Shown: positions 16,884 to 26,726 of the stretch, in pieces
Numbering within the stretch: position 1 is the stretch's first letter
How the letters are laid out: each line of letters starts with the position of its first letter
Assembly (NCBI GenBank): GCA_031581485.1
Contig: JAVLBA010000004.1
Span: 3,741 to 67,740 of the forward strand
Length of the DNA: 64,000 nucleotides
Reading direction: 5' to 3'
Origin: Desulfurivibrionaceae bacterium
GTDB taxonomy: Bacteria > Desulfobacterota > Desulfobulbia > Desulfobulbales > SURF-16
Position numbers and translations under genes: made by a program
Notes under the pieces: model-generated
The model's input: the letters and a program-made list of their open reading frames with translations, nothing else
Databases searched by the model: none
What the model was told of the DNA's origin: nothing

Positions 16884-18461
16884 TTAGAGGGCCTTGACCT
16901 TCTCGTGCGGTTGTTTGGCACCAGCAGTGCTGCTGTCGCTGGCCCAGAGAATCTCATATTTTTCCATATGGATATCCTTGTGGGGGATAATGATGAGATT
17001 TTTGTTGAGCTCATCCTCCAGATGATGGATGGTCACCGCCTCTTCCTTCAGCATCATGCCCGCCACCTTGGGATGGACCTTGATGGTCACACTGGGGCCC
17101 GAGATGTTTTTGGCGCCCAGGGAGATACGGCGGAAGATCTCATAACAGACCGTCCGGTTGGACTTGAGCAGCCCATCGCCGCCGCAGTAGGGACAGGGCT
17201 CACACATCATCCGGACCAGGTCTTCCCGGTTGCGCTTCCTGGTCATCTGGACCAGGCCGAACTCGGAGACCTTGAGAATATTGACCCGGCTCTTGTCCTT
17301 GAGAACCGCCTCGCTTATGGCCCGAAACACCTCTTCCCGGTGGGCCTCCACTTCCATGTCGATGAAGTCGACAATGATGATGCCGCCGATATTGCGGAGC
17401 CTGAGCTGATAGGCGATTTCGCGGACCGCCTCCATATTGGTCTTGAAAATGGTTTCCTCAAGATCATTTTTCCCCACATAGCGGCCGGTATTGACATCGA
17501 TAACGGTGAGGGCCTCGGTACCCTCGATAATAATAGAGCCGCCGCACCGCAGCCAGATCTTCTTGTCCAGGGCCCGGCTGATGTCCATCTCAACGCCGTA
17601 GGCGTCAAATATGGGGGCATTCTGTTCATAGAGGTGGAGCCTCTCATGCATGTGGGGGGCAAAGGTCTGCACAAATTTCACCACCCGCTGGTAGGTCGTG
17701 GGATCATCCACCACCAGGCGATCCACCTCCGTGGTGAACATATCGCGCACCACCCGGAGAATGATGTCAAGATCCTCATAGACCAGGCTCATGGGCCCTG
17801 TTCTGCCGGCGATATCCTGAATCTCACTCCAGAGATGGAGGAGAAACTCCATATCCGCCTCCAGATCCTCCCGGCTGGCATCCTCGGCCACGGTCCGCAC
17901 GATAAAACCCGTGCCGGCCGGCCGCAATTCCTCGATATCCTTGCGCAGGCGCTGGCGCAGCTCCTCGTCCTCCATCTTCCGGGATATGCCGATATGATCG
18001 GTCATAGGCATGAAGACCAGATTGCGGCAGGGCAGGGTTATATGACAGGTAAGGCGGGCGCCCTTGGTGCCGATGGGCTCCTTGCAGATCTGCACCAGAA
18101 TTTCCTGGCCCTCCACGAGCAGGTCCTCAATGGATTTACCCGGCGTGCGGATAGCCAGGGAATCGGGGGGCTCGTTGTCGCAGCAGGAGGTGTCTTCTCC
18201 GCAGTTATTGAGACGCTTCTCAAAGGCCGCGGGCGAGATATGGACATCATCCACATAGAGAAAACCGGTGCGGTCAAGCCCGATATCCACAAAGGCGGCC
18301 TGCATGCCCGGCAGAACGCGGACCACCTTGCCCTGGTAGATATTACCCACCAACCCTTTTTCCGTGGGTCTCTCCACATGGAACTCGACAAGATTGCCAT
18401 GTTCAATAAGGGCGATGCGCACCTCATAGGAGGTGGCGTTTATAAGAAGATCTGTTGCCAT
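16884..18461 (-). CDS. rng: Rne/Rng family ribonuclease (RNase G-like)
   Basis: 525 aa with an S1 domain (GNIYQGKVVRVLPGMQAAFVDIG) and a catalytic core (IIVDFIDM). Confidence 0.9.
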   Translation of the reverse strand: MATDLLINATSYEVRIALIEHGNLVEFHVERPTEKGLVGNIYQGKVVRVLPGMQAAFVDIGLDRTGFLYVDDVHISPAAFEKRLNNCGEDTSCCDNEPPDSLAIRTPGKSIEDLLVEGQEILVQICKEPIGTKGARLTCHITLPCRNLVFMPMTDHIGISRKMEDEELRQRLRKDIEELRPAGTGFIVRTVAEDASREDLEADMEFLLHLWSEIQDIAGRTGPMSLVYEDLDIILRVVRDMFTTEVDRLVVDDPTTYQRVVKFVQTFAPHMHERLHLYEQNAPIFDAYGVEMDISRALDKKIWLRCGGSIIIEGTEALTVIDVNTGRYVGKNDLEETIFKTNMEAVREIAYQLRLRNIGGIIIVDFIDMEVEAHREEVFRAISEAVLKDKSRVNILKVSEFGLVQMTRKRNREDLVRMMCEPCPYCGGDGLLKSNRTVCYEIFRRISLGAKNISGPSVTIKVHPKVAGMMLKEEAVTIHHLEDELNKNLIIIPHKDIHMEKYEILWASDSSTAGAKQPHEKVKAL

Positions 18462-18500
18462 ATTTTTTATATTACGAAGTAGAGGTGGTCATTTGCCGGC

Positions 18501-20999
18501 TCAGCAAGCGGCCTTGAACCACTCCTTCACCACCCTGATTTGTATTAATTCCTCTTCCGTGAGATCCAGAACCGCCTGCATGATCTCCAGGGGTTTCAGC
18601 GCTGCCTTGCTCACCTCGGATATCATCTGCAGGACAACGGTCTTTTCATCAAGGAGCCGCAGCTCCGTGACCTGGGGCCGCCCGTCAATGACGCGTTCCT
18701 TCTTTTTCCTGGTCACCGTCACCGGAAAGGCGGCCGCGGCCATAAAAGAGGCCAGACGTTCCTCGGCCACCGACACGGGAAGGTATAAAGTGTAACATGT
18801 TTCCACCTTTGCCGGAATCTTTTTTGACTCGGCCTGCCCCAAGGCCTGGACACAAAGCCCCTCTGGAAGCTGCTCATTAAGGGCGCTGAGCCACTCCTGC
18901 GGCGTAATCTCCGTGCGCAGATCCAGCAGAAGATACTCTGCCCTGCTTTCGGTACCCAGGGGCAGGGCCGGGCTGAAGGAGACCTTGGGTGAGGGATTAA
19001 AGCCCTTGGAGTAATGCAGCGGCAGGCCGACCCGGTTAAAGGCCCTGAAAAAGACCTGGAGCAGCTCCAGATGGGAGAGGAAACGGGCCCGGCCCAGCCT
19101 GGAATAATCGAGGCGATAATGAAAATGGGGGGCCTCGCCCTCCTCTTCCTGAGCGTCACCCTCTTCCTCTGCCGGCCAATCAGGCTCCCCCTGGCAGGTC
19201 CGGGGAAAGACGGTCTTGAAATCACACAGCCCGCATTTCTGACAGCCGTGGACGCGGCAATCAGGGGTATAGGCCCCTTCCATGGCCTTGGCATACTCCG
19301 CCCGGATAAAGGCCGGGTCTACCCCGCAGTCGAGATGATCCCAGGGCAGGGGTTCATGGAAATCACGGCGACGCAGATAATGCTCCAGATCCACCCCCAG
19401 GGCAGCTGCCGCCTCTTTCCAGGTATCCAGACGCAGATGATCATTCCAGGCATCAAAACGGGCCCCGCGCTGCCAGGCCTCGACAATAAGGGCGGAAAGC
19501 CGCCGGTCACCCCGGGCAAAGACCCCTTCCAGGAAACTCTGCCGGGGATCACCCCAGCGCAGCTGCACACCGTTATCCCGCAATTTTGCCTTGAGAAAAT
19601 CAATACGCTCAAAGCCCTCCGCAACGGAGAGCTGGGGCTCCCACTGGAAGGGGGTGTGGGGCTTGGGAATAAAGGTGGCCGCACTCACCGTGATCCGCCG
19701 TCCCGGCCCGCTGCCGGCCCGCAGGGCCTTTAGGGCCAGCTCGGGTATGGCGTCCAGATCCTCCTGGGTCTCGGTGGGCAGGCCGAACATGAAGTAAAAC
19801 TTGATGATTTTCCAGCCCAGACTGAAGGCGGAACCGCAGGTGGCCAGGAGATCCTCCTCCGTGATCCCCTTGTTGAGCACCTGCCGCAGGCGATCGGTAC
19901 CCGCTTCCGGGGCCACAGTAAAGCCGGTTTTGCGCACCCTTTTTATCTGCTCCATGATCTCCGGAGTCAGGGTGCCCACCCGCATGGAGGGCATGGATAC
20001 CGACACCCGCTTTTGGGCAAAGGTATCCATCAGCTTGACCAGCAGAGGGCTCAGGCAGGAATAATCGCCGGTGGAAAGCGACAGCAGGGCCAGCTCCTCA
20101 AAACCGCTGGCCTTGATGCCTTCCTTGGCAAGACGCAGGACCTGCTCCGGAGGGCGCTCCCGCACCGGCCGGTAGACAATGCCGGCCTGACAGAAACGGC
20201 AGCCCCGGGTGCAGCCGCGGGCCACTTCGATCCCCAGCCGGTCATGGACAATCTTGTTCAGGGGAACCAGGGGTGCAGGGGCCGGATCGTTGCTCAGCTC
20301 CGGCAGCACGCGGCGCCGCACCTTTTCATACCCCGCCTTCAGCGGCCGTATCCCCTCAAAGGCATGGCCGGGGCCATACTGGGGCGCAAAAAAGGCGGGC
20401 ACATAGACCCCTTCGATCTCCGCCAGCCCGGCCAGCACCTGCTGGCGCGACCAGCCTGCCTGCTTGGCCATCAGCAGAAAATCACTGATCTCGACAATGG
20501 CCTCCTCCCCGTCCCCCAGCAGGATGGCATCAAAAAAATCAGCCACCGGCTCAGGGTGAAAGGCGCCGGGTCCGCCGCCAAGGAGAAGGGGGTGCTCTTC
20601 GCTGCGATCCCTGCTGTAAAAAGGCAGACCGCCCAGATCCAGGATGGTGAGAATATTGGTGTTGCACAGCTCATAGGGCAGGGTAAAGGCCAGGACATCA
20701 AAATCAAGGAGTGGGTGGCGTGACTCCAGGCTGAACAGGGGGGTCTTGGTCTGCCGCAATAGATCCTCAAGATCCGTATCAGGGGCATAGACCCGTTCGG
20801 CCAGGAGGTCGCTGCGGCCGTTGATGATATGGTAGAGGATCTGCAGGCCCTGGTGGGACATGCCGATTTCGTACATATCAGGAAAGGCCAGGAGATAGCG
20901 CAGGGAGACATCCTGCCACTCTTTGGCAGGGACATTGAATTCATTGCCGCAATATCTGCTTGCCTTGCGGACCAAAGGCAGGAGTTGTTCTGGATTCAC
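18501..20999 (-). CDS. Radical SAM protein fused to a DUF2344-like C-terminal domain; function unknown
   Basis: 832 aa with a CTRGCRFCQAG cluster motif. The C-terminal ~230 aa (HFHYRLDYSRLGRARFLSHLEL...) resemble the separate or fused partner protein I recall as TIGR03936. Confidence 0.75.
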   Translation of the reverse strand: MNPEQLLPLVRKASRYCGNEFNVPAKEWQDVSLRYLLAFPDMYEIGMSHQGLQILYHIINGRSDLLAERVYAPDTDLEDLLRQTKTPLFSLESRHPLLDFDVLAFTLPYELCNTNILTILDLGGLPFYSRDRSEEHPLLLGGGPGAFHPEPVADFFDAILLGDGEEAIVEISDFLLMAKQAGWSRQQVLAGLAEIEGVYVPAFFAPQYGPGHAFEGIRPLKAGYEKVRRRVLPELSNDPAPAPLVPLNKIVHDRLGIEVARGCTRGCRFCQAGIVYRPVRERPPEQVLRLAKEGIKASGFEELALLSLSTGDYSCLSPLLVKLMDTFAQKRVSVSMPSMRVGTLTPEIMEQIKRVRKTGFTVAPEAGTDRLRQVLNKGITEEDLLATCGSAFSLGWKIIKFYFMFGLPTETQEDLDAIPELALKALRAGSGPGRRITVSAATFIPKPHTPFQWEPQLSVAEGFERIDFLKAKLRDNGVQLRWGDPRQSFLEGVFARGDRRLSALIVEAWQRGARFDAWNDHLRLDTWKEAAAALGVDLEHYLRRRDFHEPLPWDHLDCGVDPAFIRAEYAKAMEGAYTPDCRVHGCQKCGLCDFKTVFPRTCQGEPDWPAEEEGDAQEEEGEAPHFHYRLDYSRLGRARFLSHLELLQVFFRAFNRVGLPLHYSKGFNPSPKVSFSPALPLGTESRAEYLLLDLRTEITPQEWLSALNEQLPEGLCVQALGQAESKKIPAKVETCYTLYLPVSVAEERLASFMAAAAFPVTVTRKKKERVIDGRPQVTELRLLDEKTVVLQMISEVSKAALKPLEIMQAVLDLTEEELIQIRVVKEWFKAAC

Positions 21000-21100
21000 G
21001 TTATTTATAAGGGGTTAAATCAGGAGAAAAATGCGAAATAGATGGCAGAAAGCAAGGCCGAACCATCAGCGATAGACAAAAGAAGACACAGTATTATCTT

Positions 21101-21264
21101 TGATGGACTCGTAAAAAGTCCATCGTACCCTTTGAAATGGCTAAGTAAAAACTTTGCCAAACCAGGAGTGGCGGTGTCGAGGGCGCGGAAGCGTACATAT
21201 GGTACGCTTAAGCACCCGAGATGCCGCCACGACGCAGGAGATCGGAGTTTTTACGACGCCATCA
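21101..21264. mobile_element. 164-bp MITE-like element bounded by terminal inverted repeats
   Basis: The left end TGATGGACTCGTAAAAAGTCC matches the reverse complement of the right end, TGATGGCGTCGTAAAAACTCC, in 18 of 21 positions. The interior forms a long imperfect hairpin (GTGGCGG...AAGCGTAC atatg GTACGCTT...CCGCCAC). Confidence 0.65.
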
Positions 21265-21267
21265 TCT

Positions 21268-22059
21268 TTACTCCACCAGCACCTCTTCAAAGGCGGCAGG
21301 AGGAGAAAACACAAAATCGCCAGGAGAGAGAGAGACCTCATCCTGGAGATCATCAAGGCGGATCTCAAGGACTGAGTCCATGGCCAGCGAGGTTACTTTG
21401 ATGTGGCGCGGTACAGCACATTCCCCGGGCCCATACTGGTCATAGAGGATATTCAGGACCCGCTTGCCGTCGCTGTTTACGACGATATGACGGCGGATCT
21501 GCAGGGTCTCCGGCTCAAAAAGGACCAGGGCCCGGTAGCCGCCTGCCATCAGGAGATCAACCCAATAGCCGCCCTGCTCATCCCTGCTCACCCGGGTCAA
21601 CTCCACCGGCCCGGGCTGCAGGCGGCCGGTGAGCCAGTAATAAGAGAGGGCGGGATCAAAGCCCTCAGGGGTATATTTGCGGAATGTCGCACTGTCCACC
21701 TCCCCCTGGTAGACCGTGCCCTCCTCAATGGCCACATATTGAAAGTGCCGGCCGTTGGTGGTAAAAATCAGCAGGGGCTGGCCCAGAGGGTTGACCCCCA
21801 CAAACTTCAGATAAGAGGGGCTCATGGCCTGGAGATAGCCGCTGATGAAACCGGAAGAAAAGAGATTTTTGACAGTAACATGGGCCGCGCCATCGAGACA
21901 GCACGGACATTGGGCCTGAGAGGCCACCATATCTTGAAAACGGCGGCGCACCTCCCGCTCTTCCTCGCCGCTGATCCCGTAAAAAGTCGGCAAGCCGGCA
22001 CAGCCTGCCAGCAACAGGAGAGAGGCAATAAGGATTATGGAACGCCGGCACCAGAGCAT
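21268..22059 (-). CDS. Outer-membrane lipoprotein, LolB-like/DUF4292-like
   Basis: I take the start at MLWCRRSIILIASLLLLAGC (22059), 7 nt after the upstream stop. A lipobox LLAGC is present. The family assignment is tentative. Confidence 0.55.
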   Translation of the reverse strand: MLWCRRSIILIASLLLLAGCAGLPTFYGISGEEEREVRRRFQDMVASQAQCPCCLDGAAHVTVKNLFSSGFISGYLQAMSPSYLKFVGVNPLGQPLLIFTTNGRHFQYVAIEEGTVYQGEVDSATFRKYTPEGFDPALSYYWLTGRLQPGPVELTRVSRDEQGGYWVDLLMAGGYRALVLFEPETLQIRRHIVVNSDGKRVLNILYDQYGPGECAVPRHIKVTSLAMDSVLEIRLDDLQDEVSLSPGDFVFSPPAAFEEVLVE

Positions 22060-22066
22060 AACAGGG

Positions 22067-23794
22067 CTACCTGGCCGCCTGGCGGGTCTCTTCGAGCTTG
22101 CGCCGCACCAGCGCCCTCTTTTTGGCATCTTCAAATAACTCTACGGCCTTCTCATAATATTCCGCGGCCTGGGCCAGGCTGCCGGTTTTTCTGTAGGCAT
22201 CGCCCAGGTGCTCGTTGATGGTGGGATCTTCCGGCTGCAGCGCCCGGGCCCTGGCCAGCTCGGTGACGGCCTGGTCGAAATCTCCCCGCTGGTAATAGAC
22301 CCAGCCCAGGGAATCACGGACAAATCCATCCTCAGGAAGGGCGGCCACGGCCCGCTGGACATACTCCAGGGCCTGATCAAGATGGACCCCGGCCTCAGCC
22401 CAGGTATAGCCCACATAATTGAGGGCATAGGGATCATCCGGGTCAAGCTCCAGCACCCGGATCATACGGTTTAAGGCCTCCTGCTGCCTTCCAATTCTGT
22501 CCATGTAGAGGCCATACTCAAACCAGACCTGACTCTCTTCAGGGAAGCGCTGGACAGCGCGCTCAAAAACAGCGATCCCTTTCTGGGGCTCCTTATTCTT
22601 CTGATAGACGGCGGCCAGCAGGAAGAAAAAACGCTGGTGCTCCTCAGAACTTACCTGCAGGGCCTGCTCTAAAATCTCCGCCGCCTCTGCCAGATTATTT
22701 TCATCCTCATGAAGGCGAACCAGCATGAGGATGGCGTCCTCATAGCCCTTGGAGTCCACTTCCACCTGCGCCAGCACCTCCTGGGCGCTCTTGCTGTCCC
22801 CTGTCTCATAATAGGCCAGGGCCAGCAGGGACCGGACCATATCCATTTGGGGATAGTCAACCAGCATCCGGCGCAAATGGCTGATGGCCTCCTCATATTT
22901 CTCCTGTTCCAGAAGGAGACGACCAATGGCCAGGTCCACCTTTTCCGGCTCCTGGCTGCTTTTTCTCAGGATTTTGAGTTCCGCCACCGCCTGCTCAGGC
23001 TTGCCAAGAACCATGTAGAGACCGGCCAGCTTACGTCGGTAGATATCCTTATCAGGTTCTTCCTCAAGCAGCTTCTGGTAGATGGCAACCGCCTGGTCAT
23101 ACTCCCTGATCTGCTCATAAAATCCGGCGGCATCCAGGGCCTGCAGAGGAGACCAGTTGCGCTCAAGAATCTGCTCATACATGGTCCGGGCCCGTTCCAT
23201 CTCTCCCATGGTCCGATAGAGCTTGGCGAGCATCACCGAACCGGCATAGGAGTCAGGTTCCTGGGCCATATGTTCTTCCAGGGCCTTTCTGGCCTCGACA
23301 AAGCGCTCATGGCGGAAATAGAGATAGCCCAGGGTGAGCCGGCTCTGGTTGTCCTTGGGGTCATGGCTGATATTTTTTTTGAGGATCGCAATGGCCTTTT
23401 TCGTTTTACCAAGATTCTCAAAAATGCCGGCAAGATCCAGACGGGTGCGGTTATCGAGAGAGGGACTCTCCAGGATCTTCTCCAGCTGGAGGGTGGCCTG
23501 CTCCTTCTTGCCCATCGCAATGAGCAGATAGGCGAGGCGCTGCCGGATATAGGTCGAATGCTGGTCACAAACCAGGGCCTTGGTATAGGCATCCTGGGCC
23601 TCCTCAAGACGGCCGTCCATTTCGGCGATACGCCCCCAGCTGAAATAGAAAGAGGCGCAGGCAGGGTCATCCGGTTCAGCAACGGCAATTTCCTCAGGGC
23701 TGGCGGCAGGAGAATGATGCGCAGCGCAGCCGGCAAGGAGCAGAAGCACCAAGAGGCCGGTGGCTGGAATAATAAATATCTTTCGGTAGTCCAT
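22067..23794 (-). CDS. TPR-repeat lipoprotein
   Basis: 575 aa with lipobox LLLAGCA, then many 34-aa TPR-like repeats. Confidence 0.8.
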   Translation of the reverse strand: MDYRKIFIIPATGLLVLLLLAGCAAHHSPAASPEEIAVAEPDDPACASFYFSWGRIAEMDGRLEEAQDAYTKALVCDQHSTYIRQRLAYLLIAMGKKEQATLQLEKILESPSLDNRTRLDLAGIFENLGKTKKAIAILKKNISHDPKDNQSRLTLGYLYFRHERFVEARKALEEHMAQEPDSYAGSVMLAKLYRTMGEMERARTMYEQILERNWSPLQALDAAGFYEQIREYDQAVAIYQKLLEEEPDKDIYRRKLAGLYMVLGKPEQAVAELKILRKSSQEPEKVDLAIGRLLLEQEKYEEAISHLRRMLVDYPQMDMVRSLLALAYYETGDSKSAQEVLAQVEVDSKGYEDAILMLVRLHEDENNLAEAAEILEQALQVSSEEHQRFFFLLAAVYQKNKEPQKGIAVFERAVQRFPEESQVWFEYGLYMDRIGRQQEALNRMIRVLELDPDDPYALNYVGYTWAEAGVHLDQALEYVQRAVAALPEDGFVRDSLGWVYYQRGDFDQAVTELARARALQPEDPTINEHLGDAYRKTGSLAQAAEYYEKAVELFEDAKKRALVRRKLEETRQAAR

Positions 23795-23884
23795 AGAGTT
23801 CTTCAGAGTTCTTCAGAAAATTGGCTCCGCCCCTTTCCCTTTTGCAGGCAATAGCTCAATAAAAAATCTCATTCTATCTTGAAT

Positions 23885-24463
23885 CTAGAGAGGGGTAAAG
23901 CACTTCTCTTGGATAAAGAGGCAGCGGCTGCTGATGGCAATGCACTTTCTGGGCATCACCGAGAAAGGTACCTGCTGACGCTCATCAAGACAGAGGCCAA
24001 GGACCAGGGTGTTGAGGTGTTCGATATAGGCTTCGTTGAGGGCTGCCTTGCCCGGCGCGGCCGTGAGGGGAATGCCGGGTTGGACCACGCAGAGAGAGGC
24101 GAAATAATGGTTGGTGGCGGCAAAGCAGCGCTCTACATAGCCTTCCAGGGCAGCAAAATCCACCTGGGTCCGCCCCTGGATATCGGCCAGGGTATAAGCC
24201 AGCATATCCAGGGGAGTCCGGTCGGTGATAAAATGGCGATGCTGTCCCCAGATCTCCTCAGCAGCCGCCAGCACCTTGTCCTGAATCCAGAGCCGGGTGG
24301 AAAAATCCATGGGGGAAGAGGGCTGCAGGTCGTGCCGGGCAAAGACCGCGCTGGTGGTGGTCTCCACAAAGGGGATGCCATTATCCTGGGCCAGCTTGGT
24401 GGCCGTGGTTGTTTTACCGGTGCGATGGCTGCCGCACAGGCCGATCCCCGCATATTCCGTCAT
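23885..24463 (-). CDS. P-loop NTPase (small kinase/AAA_28-like)
   Basis: 192 aa with Walker A GSHRTGKTT and a DRTPLDMLAY segment. It overlaps the pdxA stop by 4 nt. Confidence 0.6.
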   Translation of the reverse strand: MTEYAGIGLCGSHRTGKTTTATKLAQDNGIPFVETTTSAVFARHDLQPSSPMDFSTRLWIQDKVLAAAEEIWGQHRHFITDRTPLDMLAYTLADIQGRTQVDFAALEGYVERCFAATNHYFASLCVVQPGIPLTAAPGKAALNEAYIEHLNTLVLGLCLDERQQVPFSVMPRKCIAISSRCLFIQEKCFTPL

Positions 24464-25476
24464 GACACACCTTTTTTGCTTCGATTTGCATGGATCTGCC
24501 GGGCCAGACCGCAGGCGGCCTGCAGGCTGGCCGGGCTGGCCACGCCCCGGCCGGCAATATCATAGGCAGTGCCATGGTCCACCGAGGTGCGGACCAGGGG
24601 CAGACCCAGGGTAACATTGACGCCATCGCTGAAATGGAGGAGCTTGAAGGGAATCAATCCCTGATCGTGGTACATGCAGACCACGGCGTCAAAAAGACCC
24701 TGGCTGGCCTTATGAAAGACCGTATCAGGCGGGAAAGGTCCCTGGACATCCCTGCCTTGGGCCCGGGCCGCTGTAATGGCCGGCCCGATCACCTCCCTCT
24801 CCTGGCTGCCGAACAGGGCATCCTCACCGGCATGGGGATTAAGACCAGCCACTGCCAGACGCGGCCGGGCAATGGCAAAATCATGCTGCAGGGCCTGCCA
24901 GGTCGTGTCGATCATTTCAGCCACTGCCTCTTGAGTCACCAAGGCCGGCACGGCCGCCAGGGGAGTATGAATGGTCACCAGGGTAACGCGCAGGAGGGGG
25001 CCGGCCATCATCATGGCAAAGCGCTTGGCACCGCAGAGGTGGGCCAGCATCTCGGTATGACCGGGGAAAGGATATCCCCCGTCATTAAGGGCGCGCTTGG
25101 TGATGGGACAGGTCACCAGGGCGCTGGCCCGGCCGCCCTGGACCAGGGCCACCGCCTCCTCAATATAGCGGCCCATGGCGTGGCCGGTCTTGCTGGTTGG
25201 TCTCCCCCACTGCAGATCGTTCCTGCTCAGCTGGGTATCGGCAGGGGTATAGAGGGGAATGGTGCCGCTCTGGAGCGGCTCGCCGGGCTGCCAGGCCAGG
25301 AGGGGGGCGGGCAGCCCGGTCTCCTCGGCGCACCAGCGCAAGGCCTCCCCGTCGCCGATCACCACGGCGTCTTGGGGAGCCGCGGCAAAGAGTTTCAGGA
25401 TCAGCTCCGGGCCGATCCCCACCGGGCAGCCCATGGAAATGGCCAGGGGCGGTATGGTTGGGGCAGAAGTGGTCAT
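24460..25476 (-). CDS. pdxA: 4-hydroxythreonine-4-phosphate dehydrogenase
   Basis: 338 aa with PdxA-like motifs (GHTEMLA, GLNPHAGE, RTSVDHGTA). Confidence 0.9.
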   Translation of the reverse strand: MTTSAPTIPPLAISMGCPVGIGPELILKLFAAAPQDAVVIGDGEALRWCAEETGLPAPLLAWQPGEPLQSGTIPLYTPADTQLSRNDLQWGRPTSKTGHAMGRYIEEAVALVQGGRASALVTCPITKRALNDGGYPFPGHTEMLAHLCGAKRFAMMMAGPLLRVTLVTIHTPLAAVPALVTQEAVAEMIDTTWQALQHDFAIARPRLAVAGLNPHAGEDALFGSQEREVIGPAITAARAQGRDVQGPFPPDTVFHKASQGLFDAVVCMYHDQGLIPFKLLHFSDGVNVTLGLPLVRTSVDHGTAYDIAGRGVASPASLQAACGLARQIHANRSKKGVS

Positions 25477-25482
25477 GGTCTG

Positions 25483-25845
25483 TCAGGTGGCCTCAAAGGC
25501 GTTTTTAATATGTTCGATATGGATGGGGTCCGCCAGCAGAATACCAATCACATCAAAGCGGGCCGGCTGGTCAAGGCCGCCGTTTTTAATCAGATATTCG
25601 GTGGCCACCCGGACAATCTGCCGGCATTTGCGGGCATCCACCGCCTCCAGGGCAGAGCCGAAGGTGGTGCCGCTGCGGGTCTTGACCTCGACAAAAACCA
25701 GTTCTTTTTTGTCCCGGGCAATAAGATCGATCTCGCCGCTGCGGGTCCGGAAATTACGCTCGACAATGACCAGCCCCTCTTGCTGGAGAAAAAGGGCGGC
25801 CTGCCCCTCCCCTGCCTTGCCTAATGCCTTGCCCCGCAGACTCAT
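25483..25845 (-). CDS. yraN: YraN family endonuclease-like protein (UPF0102)
   Basis: 120 aa (GEIDLIA...VFVEVKTR). Confidence 0.85.
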   Translation of the reverse strand: MSLRGKALGKAGEGQAALFLQQEGLVIVERNFRTRSGEIDLIARDKKELVFVEVKTRSGTTFGSALEAVDARKCRQIVRVATEYLIKNGGLDQPARFDVIGILLADPIHIEHIKNAFEAT

Positions 25846-26447
25846 CCCAGATGCTCCTGCACACCTTTAAAGGTGATGCGGTGGATGGGAGAGGGGCCGT
25901 GCAGGGCAATGAGCGCCTTGTGCTCGCGGGTGGGGTAGCCCTTGTGCTGGCGGAAATTATAGAGGGGGTATTTCTCATCATAGGCGTGCATCAGCCTGTC
26001 CCTGGTGACCTTGGCAACCACGGAGGCGGCGGCAATGGAGGCGCTCTTGCTTTCGCCCTGCACCAGGGCCTGCTGGGGCAGATCCATCTTGATGGTAAAT
26101 TTGCCGTCCACCAGGACAAAGAGCGGCGCCTGGCAGAGTTTTTCCACCGCCCTTTTCATGGCCAGGAGGGAGGCCTGCAGGATATTGAGGGCATCCACCT
26201 CCTGGGCCGAGCAGATCCCCACCGCCATGGAAACCCGGAGTTCCGTCAGCAGGACGAAAACCCTCTCCCTGGCCCGGGCGGTCATTTTTTTTGAATCCCG
26301 GAAGGGGCTGTAATCGAGACCAGCCGGCAGGATAACCGCGGCCGCCACCACGGGTCCGGCCAGGGGGCCGCGGCCGGCCTCATCCACCCCTGCCACCGGC
26401 ATCAGGCCCTGGCGCTGCAGGCGACGTTCATAAGAAAAAGTATCCAT
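25842..26447 (-). CDS. rnhB: Ribonuclease HII
   Basis: I take the start at MDTFSYERRL (26447). Motif GVDEAGRGPLAGPVV is present. Confidence 0.9.
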   Translation of the reverse strand: MDTFSYERRLQRQGLMPVAGVDEAGRGPLAGPVVAAAVILPAGLDYSPFRDSKKMTARARERVFVLLTELRVSMAVGICSAQEVDALNILQASLLAMKRAVEKLCQAPLFVLVDGKFTIKMDLPQQALVQGESKSASIAAASVVAKVTRDRLMHAYDEKYPLYNFRQHKGYPTREHKALIALHGPSPIHRITFKGVQEHLG

Positions 26448-26726
26448 CTCTGGCAGTTCTCCTTGCTGGGCCCACATAACAAAGGCGCAAATGCAGAGGT
26501 TGACACCTCGCTGCACTCACGCCTTCATAAAAAAGAGATCACCTGTCCCCTGCCGGGGAGGAGCTCTCACCGGCCGGAACCGGCTATCGCCTGCTGCATC
26601 TCATGGCCAGAACCAACCAGCCCCTGCCGGGAAGCAAGGCCCTTTAAAAAAGAGCCAAAGTCGGGCCGTCCCCTGTCAAGGAGCAGCCCGTCTCCGGGGC
26701 AAGAAACCAGGAAGCAGCGACAGAAA

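Noticed and set aside
16905-18482. A 525-aa plus-strand ORF exactly mirroring the 525-aa RNase G-like gene
   Set aside because: The minus-strand product has clear S1 and RNase E/G motifs. The plus-strand product is low-complexity with no motifs. I treat it as an antisense shadow frame, which is typical of GC-biased codon usage.
23795-23816. AGAGTTCTTC tandem repeat (2.2 units) immediately upstream of the TPR lipoprotein start
   Set aside because: It is very short with no obvious function. It may just be slippage in the 5' UTR.
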